Source: a virus
Lineage: Duplodnaviria; Caudoviricetes
DNA length: 64,000 nucleotides
Direction: 5' to 3' (one strand)
IMG/VR virus record: IMGVR_UViG_3300028805_003982
Part shown: in pieces, positions 48,107 to 57,066 of the stretch
Numbering within the stretch: position 1 is the first letter of the stretch
How the letters are laid out: each line of letters begins with the position of its first letter
Position numbers and translations under genes: made by a program
Notes under the pieces: generated by a model
Databases searched by the model: none
The model's input: the letters and a program-made list of their open reading frames with translations, nothing else
What the model was told of the DNA's origin: nothing

Positions 48107-49090
48107 ATGGCTACCAGTAAACTTTGGGCAGTACACAACAACGTGAGTTCAACGCTTTCGTATGTTGAAGATAAAGAGAAGACACAGGCTTCTCTATCTG
48201 AACTTGTCCCAAATGTTACTGATGGCATCAAGTGCGAGGGTGGAAGGCTTTTAGCAGGTATTAACTGCGATCCTGCGACGGCCGTCGAGGAGATGAACCG
48301 GATCAAAGAAAAGTTCGGTAAGACTGACGGAGTAACTGCATATCACGGGTATATCAGTTTCGGACCGAAAGACGGCTTATCTCCTGTTGATGTGCTGGAG
48401 GTATCACGTCAGATTGCTAAAGAAATGTGGGGTGACCGCTTTCAGGTGCTCTTAGGCGTTCATACCAACACCGGAACGCTGCATTGTCATTTTGTCGTTA
48501 ACTCCGTTTCGTTTGTTGACGGAATGAAAGCCGCGGATAATGAACACAATTATTACTATATGAGAAATGTGGTAGACAGGATCTGCAAAGAAAATAATCT
48601 GTCCATTGTGGAACCGTATTCAAAGCCGAATATCCCGGACGGGGACGTTGCGTACGCAATAGCTTTGGCTTTGTCGGAAGGAGCGGGGGACGTAGAAAAG
48701 ACCGCTGTTGAATTAGCCAAGTTCGGTATCAAAGTAGTTGGCGAGGATAAAGTCAGAGCGCCTAACGGGAAAACGTATTATACGACGTCGTTTGACGATT
48801 CATTTCATGTAGAACGTCCGGAAACCAAACCTGCCATCAATTCGATCGGCGTTGGGGAAACACCTGTCTTGGATCTCAGTAATATGGGTAAGCCTATGGC
48901 AGAAGAGGATAAACAGATCAAGCCTGTCGGCGGCAAGACCGCAAGCACCAATGTTTCCGGCAGTAAGCATGATATCGCTCACGGTAGGGATCTGGGTAGT
49001 GAAGAGGTTCAGCCTTCCGTCTCTGAATCCGAGCCGGGCATTACGGACGACGCTTCGGACGATCTTTTAAAGTCTGGGCTGAATCCGTAA
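48107..49090 (+). CDS. MOBP-type relaxase (short)
   Basis: MATSKLW..., SYVEDKEKT (catalytic Tyr), AYHGYISF, HTNTGTLHCHFVVNSV (HUH). Confidence 0.9.
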   Translation: MATSKLWAVHNNVSSTLSYVEDKEKTQASLSELVPNVTDGIKCEGGRLLAGINCDPATAVEEMNRIKEKFGKTDGVTAYHGYISFGPKDGLSPVDVLEVSRQIAKEMWGDRFQVLLGVHTNTGTLHCHFVVNSVSFVDGMKAADNEHNYYYMRNVVDRICKENNLSIVEPYSKPNIPDGDVAYAIALALSEGAGDVEKTAVELAKFGIKVVGEDKVRAPNGKTYYTTSFDDSFHVERPETKPAINSIGVGETPVLDLSNMGKPMAEEDKQIKPVGGKTASTNVSGSKHDIAHGRDLGSEEVQPSVSESEPGITDDASDDLLKSGLNP

Positions 49091-49139
49091 GATCGTGTTA
49101 TAGATAATAGTTAATAACAGTGTAAGTGAGGAATATAAG

Positions 49140-49607
49140 ATGGCAAAGAAACATGCTCCGGATTGTCCGTGTTGCGGAAATGGTCTGGTCTATTCCTATG
49201 ATGGGGGGCCGGTATTGTCTAAGGATTGTGTTATCACATGCAATACATGTCACACGGAATATAAACTATCTAAACTTGAGGTTATAGCTTTGGATGATTA
49301 TATGTCCAAGGGTTTAGAAGCAAAAGCGGTTAATGTTTTGTTACACAAGGACCAGTTGGACCAGTTTTTTACAACTGTTCCTCATCTGCCGGTCGATCCG
49401 GTTGTCAGGCAGGAAGAGCCCAAAAACCTTTCAAGTGGTGAATCGGAGGATTCTTTGAACGATCCGTTTAGTTGGGATAATACTACCAAGCGCAATGCTC
49501 AATGGGCATTTGGTGCGGCTAATCCGGATTCGGTATGTAGTTTAGATGGTTCTTTAAATCCGTTTTATACACCGCCCGGAACAAATAATGATGATCATGT
49601 TTTATAA
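49140..49607 (+). CDS. Zinc-ribbon protein
   Basis: CPCC...CNTC. Confidence 0.6.
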   Translation: MAKKHAPDCPCCGNGLVYSYDGGPVLSKDCVITCNTCHTEYKLSKLEVIALDDYMSKGLEAKAVNVLLHKDQLDQFFTTVPHLPVDPVVRQEEPKNLSSGESEDSLNDPFSWDNTTKRNAQWAFGAANPDSVCSLDGSLNPFYTPPGTNNDDHVL

Positions 49608-49620
49608 AGGAGATTAGGCT

Positions 49621-51747
49621 ATGGCTATTGAAGATGCTGCTAAGAGTGTTTTGTCTAAGGGTAAAAACATATTATCGAATGCTAAAGAAAATGCCGGTGA
49701 ACTGGTTGAAAAAAGTGCCGGAGTACTCAGAGATAGTGAATCGGACGATAATCGCGTACAGCAAATGTCAAGGGCTTTAATAGACGGAACAATGTCTGCC
49801 TTTGGGAATGGTGGTGCCGGTACTCCTTTGGACGACATGGAAAGGTCTTTAACTCATGCCGCTCAGGGTGCGGCTAATATGAGTATTGCTGTTGCAACAA
49901 TGGGTATGCAGCAGTCTAAAGCGCTGGTTTCCAGAACCGTTTCTTACGGACCTGCTATTTTTGGACTTTTGGGGTTAGGGTCATTGCGGTATTTAGCCCG
50001 TAAAAATAATGATCAAGTGGTAACGTATAATATACGTCAGTATACTTCAAGCGGCAATATCTATGAAAAGGCGTTTGATACAATCAAAACAGCCGGGTTT
50101 GATATCGTTGCCGAAAACGGCGCTTTGAGGGTTGATCGTGTTAAGCTCGATCGCAATCTGATGGGGATGTCCGGCGCTGACGTAATGAACTGGCGAGGCG
50201 TTGCAATAGATTATAATACGATGCAGGACGCTTCGGGGCAGTTGGGTTTTATGAGTGCCTCAGTAGCGGCTTTAGACCATTATGCGGATTCGTTAAAGGA
50301 TTCGTTAAATGTATTACCTGAAGACAAATATAAGAGTTTTAAGGAGAATTTTGACCCTAATGCGATAGGGACTATTGAAGATTATAAGAAAGAACTTGCC
50401 GGTGTGTTTGAACAGTGGGACAAAAGAACCGCGGCTGCTAACATTCAGGCATTACAGGATGCTGAAAACAGGGCGGTAATTAGCATTCGCGGTCCTGTCA
50501 TGGACATGGGTTATGAAAAAAATGTTACCATAGGTGATTTTGTTCATCTGCAGGATAAATTGGATGTTGAACGAGCTTCCATTGTTAAGGATTTTGGAGA
50601 CAGACTTCAGATGTCCGGAGCCTTTTCTCCTGAGCAGATCACAGAACTTACAGACGGTCTGGACGGTAAGCTCAAAAGTGCACAGAGCTTATTTGCAAAA
50701 CAGTGCGATCCTGATCAGGATGGCACCGGGCCTCTTTTTGAGTTTGCTAATCCTGCTATTGATTATTCGCATGAACAGTTTGTTGAGGATGTATCTCCTT
50801 TGCTGGAGAATTTAAGTGATTCCTGGAAGAAATCTCTTAATGAATCCGTTGGGAAGGCGCAGGTTATTGAAAATGAGCATATTGCTCAGATCGATCCTAA
50901 AAACGCAGCTCAGGAATACTTATCTTCTGTTGAAGAGAAATTAAAAGACGCTCTGCCGGTTTCAGAACATCCTTCATTGTGGAAAAACGGGGAGTTTAAA
51001 AACCCGGTACAGTCAGAGGTCTTGTTGTCTGAGGCAGACGGACAGAAGAGTTGTCACGTAGAGTTCTACTTGGACGGGATTACAAATAAAGATCTTAAGG
51101 ATAAGATCAGCAAGGTTCTTGCTGAAAAGGAAGTGGATGCACATAGATTTGATCGTTCTTTGCGTATGGCAGATGGTGGATGCAGCGGTGATCTGATGAA
51201 GCATATCAAGCATGAATTCCAGCAGGATATGAACAAATATAATTATGAAAACGGTGTTAAAGTTCCTTATAGTCTGAAGTTTGGAACAGGACCGCAGGGT
51301 GGTGAGATCCGTGTTAAGAGTTTGAGCAAAGAATCCGCAGAAGCTCTTGCTTTTGCAGGAAGCCGCGGCTTGCTGGCAGAAAAGGATAAAGCATTTACTT
51401 CGTTGCTCATGCCTGAAAAGGAATTCAGAGAAGCCTGCGCTGACAGGCATTTAACGGTATTTAGCGCGAAACTGCCCGAAAGGGTTCATCCTAATTGGCG
51501 TATGGATGACGCGGAAAGTACCCCGTACGATACGAATGTGGCACAGTTTATGAGGGACCAGATCGGCAGCGATCCTAGTGCCAGACGCGGTCAGATATCG
51601 TTTGCCATTGAAGGCGATACGATTTTCTTTACCGATAATGGAAAGCCTTTTGTAAACGATGCGATCGAATTGGCTCAGTTTGGCGGACGCGTTGCCAAAG
51701 CTCCGAGACTTATTCAGAACGGTGTAGAAGGAGGTCATGGATTATAA
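49621..51747 (+). CDS. Large hypothetical protein in the transfer region
   Basis: 708 aa, AAGGAG SD, one hydrophobic segment. Confidence 0.65.
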   Translation: MAIEDAAKSVLSKGKNILSNAKENAGELVEKSAGVLRDSESDDNRVQQMSRALIDGTMSAFGNGGAGTPLDDMERSLTHAAQGAANMSIAVATMGMQQSKALVSRTVSYGPAIFGLLGLGSLRYLARKNNDQVVTYNIRQYTSSGNIYEKAFDTIKTAGFDIVAENGALRVDRVKLDRNLMGMSGADVMNWRGVAIDYNTMQDASGQLGFMSASVAALDHYADSLKDSLNVLPEDKYKSFKENFDPNAIGTIEDYKKELAGVFEQWDKRTAAANIQALQDAENRAVISIRGPVMDMGYEKNVTIGDFVHLQDKLDVERASIVKDFGDRLQMSGAFSPEQITELTDGLDGKLKSAQSLFAKQCDPDQDGTGPLFEFANPAIDYSHEQFVEDVSPLLENLSDSWKKSLNESVGKAQVIENEHIAQIDPKNAAQEYLSSVEEKLKDALPVSEHPSLWKNGEFKNPVQSEVLLSEADGQKSCHVEFYLDGITNKDLKDKISKVLAEKEVDAHRFDRSLRMADGGCSGDLMKHIKHEFQQDMNKYNYENGVKVPYSLKFGTGPQGGEIRVKSLSKESAEALAFAGSRGLLAEKDKAFTSLLMPEKEFREACADRHLTVFSAKLPERVHPNWRMDDAESTPYDTNVAQFMRDQIGSDPSARRGQISFAIEGDTIFFTDNGKPFVNDAIELAQFGGRVAKAPRLIQNGVEGGHGL

Positions 51748-52592
51748 TGGATCAGAATGAAAAAACAACATGTGCTCAGGGTACTATCTTAAACTGCATC
51801 GGTCTTCAGGTAGAAGGCGGGGTAACGGCCGTTACCTATACATACAAGCTTTTTAAGAGCTATATAGAAATGCAGAAGAATACAGGTACTCTTTGTAAAA
51901 AGAGCATCAATGAAGAGCCTCTTGCCGTAAAGGGCAGACATACGGACTTGCTTTGCATCCTGGTCGATTCGGAAAGCGAGCTGAGTCTTACATCTACTTT
52001 AAACGGCTTTGGTATCGACTTTAACGTGGCTACGTCAAGGGATGTGCCTTACACACTGTATGTGGTGTCTGAGCCTGTTGCGACTGAAAGAGCTATTCAG
52101 AGCACCGGCGCAAAGATCGTATCGTACTGCTATCTGTCTGTTAAGGATATCGGGCTTCCGGACAGGCCGGAGGTTGATTCAGAGAGTGAGTACGTGGGAA
52201 TCGTGCGTGGGGTGGGGGTAGACGGCTATTTTGATCCGGACATATACTGGAAAGAGATGGCGGATATCGGGTCACGAGTAGCTGAATGGTATGTTAAAGC
52301 AACTCCGGAGCAGAGAGAAGGTCTGAGAGCTGAAACAAAATCATTAGACGATTTGGCTAAGGAAGCTCGGGAGTATGTGACTGCTATAGAAAACGGGCTT
52401 ACACCTCCTTCTCAGTTGGCGCAGGAACCCATAGACCCGGATGCTGATCAGGAATATGGTGTTACAGCGGGGGCCGGTGTTTTGGGAGAAAAAATACTGA
52501 TCGCGGTTCAACAGGAAGTGGGTAATATAGGCAATACATTAACAAATTACGATGACACAATAGATCTTTCTGAGCGAGCGCTTGGTATGTAA
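51747..52592 (+). CDS. Hypothetical protein (possibly PcfB/DUF3801-like)
   Basis: Directly upstream of VirD4; FGIDFNV weakly resembles PcfB YGVDF.V. Confidence 0.45.
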   Translation: MDQNEKTTCAQGTILNCIGLQVEGGVTAVTYTYKLFKSYIEMQKNTGTLCKKSINEEPLAVKGRHTDLLCILVDSESELSLTSTLNGFGIDFNVATSRDVPYTLYVVSEPVATERAIQSTGAKIVSYCYLSVKDIGLPDRPEVDSESEYVGIVRGVGVDGYFDPDIYWKEMADIGSRVAEWYVKATPEQREGLRAETKSLDDLAKEAREYVTAIENGLTPPSQLAQEPIDPDADQEYGVTAGAGVLGEKILIAVQQEVGNIGNTLTNYDDTIDLSERALGM

Positions 52593-52666
52593 TGCGTTTT
52601 AATGGAAATTGAAATGAACTGTTTTTCGGACGGTTCATTTTATTTTTACGAAAGGAGTGATGCATA

Positions 52667-54565
52667 TTGTTTGAAAAATTGCGTGGCAAACCCAAGGAAA
52701 CGGTTGATGTGGCTAATGGCGAAGAAAAACGTGTAAAAACTATTCGCTTTTTTATTTGTACTGCGGTAGTAGTCTTCGTTATCGGTTTTTTGATTGGCGG
52801 CTCTGTCGCCACGGGGACTCCGTTTATCGATGCTTTAACCTCATGGCAGTTCGACTGGGATTTGCTTAATCTATCAACTTTATGGGAACGCTTTAAAATA
52901 GCTTTAATAGTAACTACTATATACGCCATATTTCCTCTGACATATCTTGGCAATCAAGGTAATTTCCGTTTCGGTGAAGAGTATGGCCAGGCTAAGTGGG
53001 CTAACCCTAAAAAGCTTCAGAAGACATATACCAATCTCGAAGATCCGATATACAATAAGCTGTTAACGTCGCATGTGCAGATCAGCTATGATAACGAGAA
53101 GGCGGCAAGAAACGCCAATACGATTGTTATCGGAGGTTCCGGTGCCGGTAAGACGTTCCGTTATGCTATCCCGAACCTTTTGCAGGGCGCTACATCCTTT
53201 GTGGATATTGACCCGAAGGGCGAGCATTTGGCTAAAGCGGGGAACCGTTTGATAAAGCTGGGATATGATGTAAAGGTATTAAATCTGATCACGATCAAAG
53301 AGAGTGACGGTTATAATCCGTTCCATTATATCCGCCCTGAAGAAGCCGATCAGGATATTGAGCGATTGGTTGACATCATCTTCGAAGCCAGTACCGGCGG
53401 CCGAAATAAGAGCCAGGACCCGTTCTGGGACGACTCCGCAAAAAACGTTATACTCGCCTTGATGTATTACGTTTATTACGAGCTGCCACCGGCGAAAAGA
53501 CATTTCGGATCTGTTATGGAGCTTAAATCCAAAACGATGCTTTCAGGTTCCGGTCAGGGTATGTGTGAACTTGACAGCATTATGGATAAGGTGGATGCAG
53601 ACTATAAAGCACAGGGCAAGACCAGTATAGCTGTTAAGTATTGGAATGATTATAAAGGTAACGACATCAAGGTCAAAAGAGATATCCTGGCCGTTGTTAC
53701 ATCCAAGCTGTTGAAGTTTAATAACCCCGAACTTGTTAATATGACAAGGTTCGATGATATGGACTTTGACTCTTTGGGTAAACGTAAAAGGGTGCTTTTT
53801 ATCGTTATTTCCGATACGGACAAGTCGATGAACTTCATTATTTCAATGATGTACATGCAGCTGTTCCAGAGACTGTTTTCTGTAGCGGATACTGAATATG
53901 AAAACGGTTTGCCTGTTCACGTTCATGTTCTCATGGATGAGTTTGCCAATATAAAGCTTCCTGATGATTTTGAGCAGTATCTGTCAACTATGCGTTCAAG
54001 AAACGTTTCTGCAAGCATCATCTTACAGAATCTTGCTCAGATCAAGAATCTGTACGAGAAGTCTTGGGAGAGTATCGTAGGTAACTGCGATACGCTGCTT
54101 TATCTTGGCGGTAACGAGTTTGGTACGGGTGAGTACATATCAAAAATGCTTGGTAAGTATACTCTTGATACAAAGAATTATTCGAACCCTACCAGTGTTT
54201 TGGGCGGTGGTGGAAGCTCTTCGGAAACTAAGAGCCAGATCGCCCGTGAATTGTTATCCCCGGATGAGATACGTAAGATGGACAACAAAAACTGCATTCT
54301 TCTTATAAGAGGTGAAGACCCAGTACTTGACAACAAGATCAATATCTTGAATATGCCGATCAAGAAATACTCGGCGTATGACAAGATTGAAGGCAAGTAT
54401 TATAAGAGGGAGGTCAAGCCGATGTTTTCGCTTACCAAAGAGGAAAGAGAGCGGCTGGACCCTACGCAGTTTGATTATGCACAGGCTAACCGGTTGGATG
54501 TTTCATCTTTCAAGTTTATAAGTAACTCTGAAATATCCACCTTGGTCAGATCAATTCCGGCTTAA
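52667..54565 (+). CDS. virD4: Type IV coupling protein VirD4/TraG
   Basis: Two TMs, EYGQAKW, GGSGAGKT, DPKGE, YNPF, DPFWD, MDEFAN, LQNLAQ. Confidence 0.95.
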   Translation: MFEKLRGKPKETVDVANGEEKRVKTIRFFICTAVVVFVIGFLIGGSVATGTPFIDALTSWQFDWDLLNLSTLWERFKIALIVTTIYAIFPLTYLGNQGNFRFGEEYGQAKWANPKKLQKTYTNLEDPIYNKLLTSHVQISYDNEKAARNANTIVIGGSGAGKTFRYAIPNLLQGATSFVDIDPKGEHLAKAGNRLIKLGYDVKVLNLITIKESDGYNPFHYIRPEEADQDIERLVDIIFEASTGGRNKSQDPFWDDSAKNVILALMYYVYYELPPAKRHFGSVMELKSKTMLSGSGQGMCELDSIMDKVDADYKAQGKTSIAVKYWNDYKGNDIKVKRDILAVVTSKLLKFNNPELVNMTRFDDMDFDSLGKRKRVLFIVISDTDKSMNFIISMMYMQLFQRLFSVADTEYENGLPVHVHVLMDEFANIKLPDDFEQYLSTMRSRNVSASIILQNLAQIKNLYEKSWESIVGNCDTLLYLGGNEFGTGEYISKMLGKYTLDTKNYSNPTSVLGGGGSSSETKSQIARELLSPDEIRKMDNKNCILLIRGEDPVLDNKINILNMPIKKYSAYDKIEGKYYKREVKPMFSLTKEERERLDPTQFDYAQANRLDVSSFKFISNSEISTLVRSIPA

Positions 54566-54592
54566 AACATTGAAGCCAACACAGCTTTGTTT

Positions 54593-54626
54593 GCAGACCC
54601 CGTTATCGCAGGCGGGGTCTGTATTT
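54593..54626 (+). terminator. Probable terminator after virD4
   Basis: GCAGACCCCGTT...GGCGGGGTCTGT-ATTT. Confidence 0.65.
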
Positions 54627-54641
54627 ATACATTTGTTTGTG

Positions 54642-54676
54642 AAGATGATCCTATTTTCACAACAGCCTGTGATACT
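54642..54676 (+). promoter_or_regulatory. Class B promoter motif, copy 3
   Basis: AAGAT-gat-CCTA-N15-GTGATACT. Confidence 0.5.
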
Positions 54677-54749
54677 TAATCGGTAGAAGTATTTTCCAGA
54701 AAGGAAAAGAAAAATAACAAAATACATAATAAGTAAAGGAGATTATGTT

Positions 54750-55166
54750 ATGTTTATCAGTGCTATTACAAGTGTTTTTGGTACCGCAGTCGCAAAGCTT
54801 GGCGGTGCTGCAACGATTGCTTTGGTCAGTGAAGCAATGCAGAACCCTATTGTTCACGCAGGGCAGGCTTTAACAGCCCTTCCCGGACGTATGATGTTAG
54901 CTTTATCCGGCGGAGGTGTTAGTGAGAGTACCGTTACAGGGCCTATGGCTAAACTCATTAATTTGATCATGTGGGTATTCCAGGGGTTAGGATTTATTCT
55001 TATCGCATTTGGTGTATTTAATTTTGTATCCAACATGGATGGTCACGACAACTCACAGAAGATCAGAGCAGCTCTTACAGTCGGTGGCGGCATTCTCTTA
55101 GCTTCAGTAACAGGTATTATTAAATATCTTGGCATTGCGGGTTCTGATTCTTATCTCGGTGGTTAA
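54750..55166 (+). CDS. VirB2/Maff2-like T4SS small membrane protein
   Basis: Two TMs around HDNSQKIRA..GGG; lies between VirD4 and VirB6-like genes. Confidence 0.7.
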   Translation: MFISAITSVFGTAVAKLGGAATIALVSEAMQNPIVHAGQALTALPGRMMLALSGGGVSESTVTGPMAKLINLIMWVFQGLGFILIAFGVFNFVSNMDGHDNSQKIRAALTVGGGILLASVTGIIKYLGIAGSDSYLGG

Positions 55167-55172
55167 TGCAAA

Positions 55173-55214
55173 CACCCGCAAACCCACATAATTTGGATTT
55201 GCGGGTGCTCTTTT
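55173..55214 (+). terminator. Terminator-like hairpin
   Basis: CACCCGCAAA...TTTGCGGGTG-CTCTTTT. Confidence 0.65.
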
Positions 55215-55240
55215 ATTATTGTGAAAGGAGGATTTAAAAC

Positions 55241-56443
55241 GTGTTTAGTGCTATACTGGAATTGATTTTAATCGCTTTAGATAAAATTCTTTCTAATATC
55301 GCTAACCCTTTGTTGGAAATTGCTAATGACATAGGCAATAATGTGTGGCATGGCATCAGTAACATCTTTACGAAAAACTATTTTACTGCAGATTATGAAG
55401 CTTTTAAGTCTCTTACGCTCATCGCATACACATTGGTTATTGTCATATGTATTTACGGATTCTTAGTTGAAAATCTGGATTTCCATACATATGATGGGTG
55501 GGACCGCGTTATTAGGTTCTTTCTTAGATTAGTTATTGTGTCTATCCTTATGACGTCCTGCATGTCTATTTTCCAGAGTGCCAATGAGGCTTTGACAAAT
55601 ACTAATAAATTAATTCTCAACTATTATAATAATACTTGGTTGCAAGACATGCCGGTTTCCGCTGCGGAAAACATCCCTTCAGAGGGTCACTTTTCCGGAA
55701 TACCTTATCCGTATTGGCCCGGAGAAACGATCAGCGAACTGGATTTTACAGATGATATCGAATGGAATTTAGGTGAGTTAGTATTAAACAGTACCGGCTC
55801 GGTACCTGCTATAATAGCGGATTTGGTTAATATGGCGACCGAGGACCGAACAGCTTTGCCGTTAGATCCGGATGCGTCCCAGGTTGGTATACCAAATGAT
55901 CTGGCTCGTGTTATAGCAGATAATACGTGGAGCAAGTATCTTGTTGGAGGCTTTTTTAATATCAGCGATTTTATACTAGTCCTTTGGGCTGTAGTAACAC
56001 ATTTGATCGCCATGATAGCCTGTTGTGCACTGGTATTTTTGATCATTAAAAAGACTTTTAAAATAGGAATTAATTTGATAATACCTTCTATAGAGTTTTT
56101 TGTATTGAGTGCTGCTTTTCCTATAGGATTATCGTTCTTTGCAAGTCATTCTACACAGCATGTCGGTCAAGGATATATAAGGTGGCTTGCTAAAACAGGG
56201 CTGCAATTGGGCGTTAAGGGGGCCCTGTTAAGTGCTGTGTTATGGGTCGCACGTATATTTAGAACCAATGGAATACTCAATCCTCGTTTTTTGTTATCAA
56301 GTAGAGTACAAGGCTACCTGAATCAATTGACGTGCGGTTACGGTAACGTAATTATTGCTTTGGCAGGATCTCTTATTCTTATTTTCATCGCAGATATGGT
56401 GATTGAAAAAGGCGAGCATTTCATGAGTAAAATCTGGGGTTAA
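55241..56443 (+). CDS. VirB6-like polytopic T4SS membrane protein
   Basis: Multiple TMs, IEF..L....PI.LSFF....T..VG..YI pattern, gene order. Confidence 0.75.
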   Translation: MFSAILELILIALDKILSNIANPLLEIANDIGNNVWHGISNIFTKNYFTADYEAFKSLTLIAYTLVIVICIYGFLVENLDFHTYDGWDRVIRFFLRLVIVSILMTSCMSIFQSANEALTNTNKLILNYYNNTWLQDMPVSAAENIPSEGHFSGIPYPYWPGETISELDFTDDIEWNLGELVLNSTGSVPAIIADLVNMATEDRTALPLDPDASQVGIPNDLARVIADNTWSKYLVGGFFNISDFILVLWAVVTHLIAMIACCALVFLIIKKTFKIGINLIIPSIEFFVLSAAFPIGLSFFASHSTQHVGQGYIRWLAKTGLQLGVKGALLSAVLWVARIFRTNGILNPRFLLSSRVQGYLNQLTCGYGNVIIALAGSLILIFIADMVIEKGEHFMSKIWG

Positions 56444-56456
56444 GGAAGGTGATAGC

Positions 56457-56915
56457 ATGACCGTAAAAGTTAACAAAGAAATCACTAATTATAAAGAAAA
56501 CTTTTTTAACGGCTTGACCAAAAGAGCAACTATCACATTGGTGATCATAGCGGTTTGTATGTTAGCCGGGTTTTATGTTAATTCGGTATATGTCGGCGGT
56601 GAATACTTTCAGTATTTTATGATGGTCGTCGCTACCATAACTGCTTTTGTGGGATTCTACTACAAGGACGGTATCTGGGGCGGAACATATCTGTTCCTGC
56701 TTTACAGACAGATCAGGCTTAAGCAACCGCTTAATTGCGCCGACCGTTATTCCAAGGTGCGTGCCAGACGCCTTTTGGATAACAAACGCGGCAAGCCCAC
56801 TATCAAGCGCGTTGAGATACCCCAGGAGCTTTTAGAAGAAGCTATGCGGGCTACAAGTAAAGATCTTGGGGCCGATAATAATGAAACAGGTCAAAAGGCA
56901 GTTTCAGGGGTTTAA
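56457..56915 (+). CDS. prgI: PrgI family protein (VirB3-like)
   Basis: VKVNKEITNYKENFFNGLTKR, two TMs, GFYYKDG. Confidence 0.85.
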   Translation: MTVKVNKEITNYKENFFNGLTKRATITLVIIAVCMLAGFYVNSVYVGGEYFQYFMMVVATITAFVGFYYKDGIWGGTYLFLLYRQIRLKQPLNCADRYSKVRARRLLDNKRGKPTIKRVEIPQELLEEAMRATSKDLGADNNETGQKAVSGV

Positions 56916-57066
56916 AAATTGACAATCTTCTTTTGTAATAGCAGATACGGTTGCTGATAAGCACGGCGATGCCCGGTTGCTGTCGGCAACTGTATTGCTT
57001 TTTGTAGAAAACGTACGGCATTAAAAGTCGCGAAAATAAATATCTTTTATAGAAAGGGAATATGTT

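Noticed and set aside
56919-56940. TTGACA as a sigma-A promoter for virB4
   Set aside because: No plausible -10 at 16-18 bp
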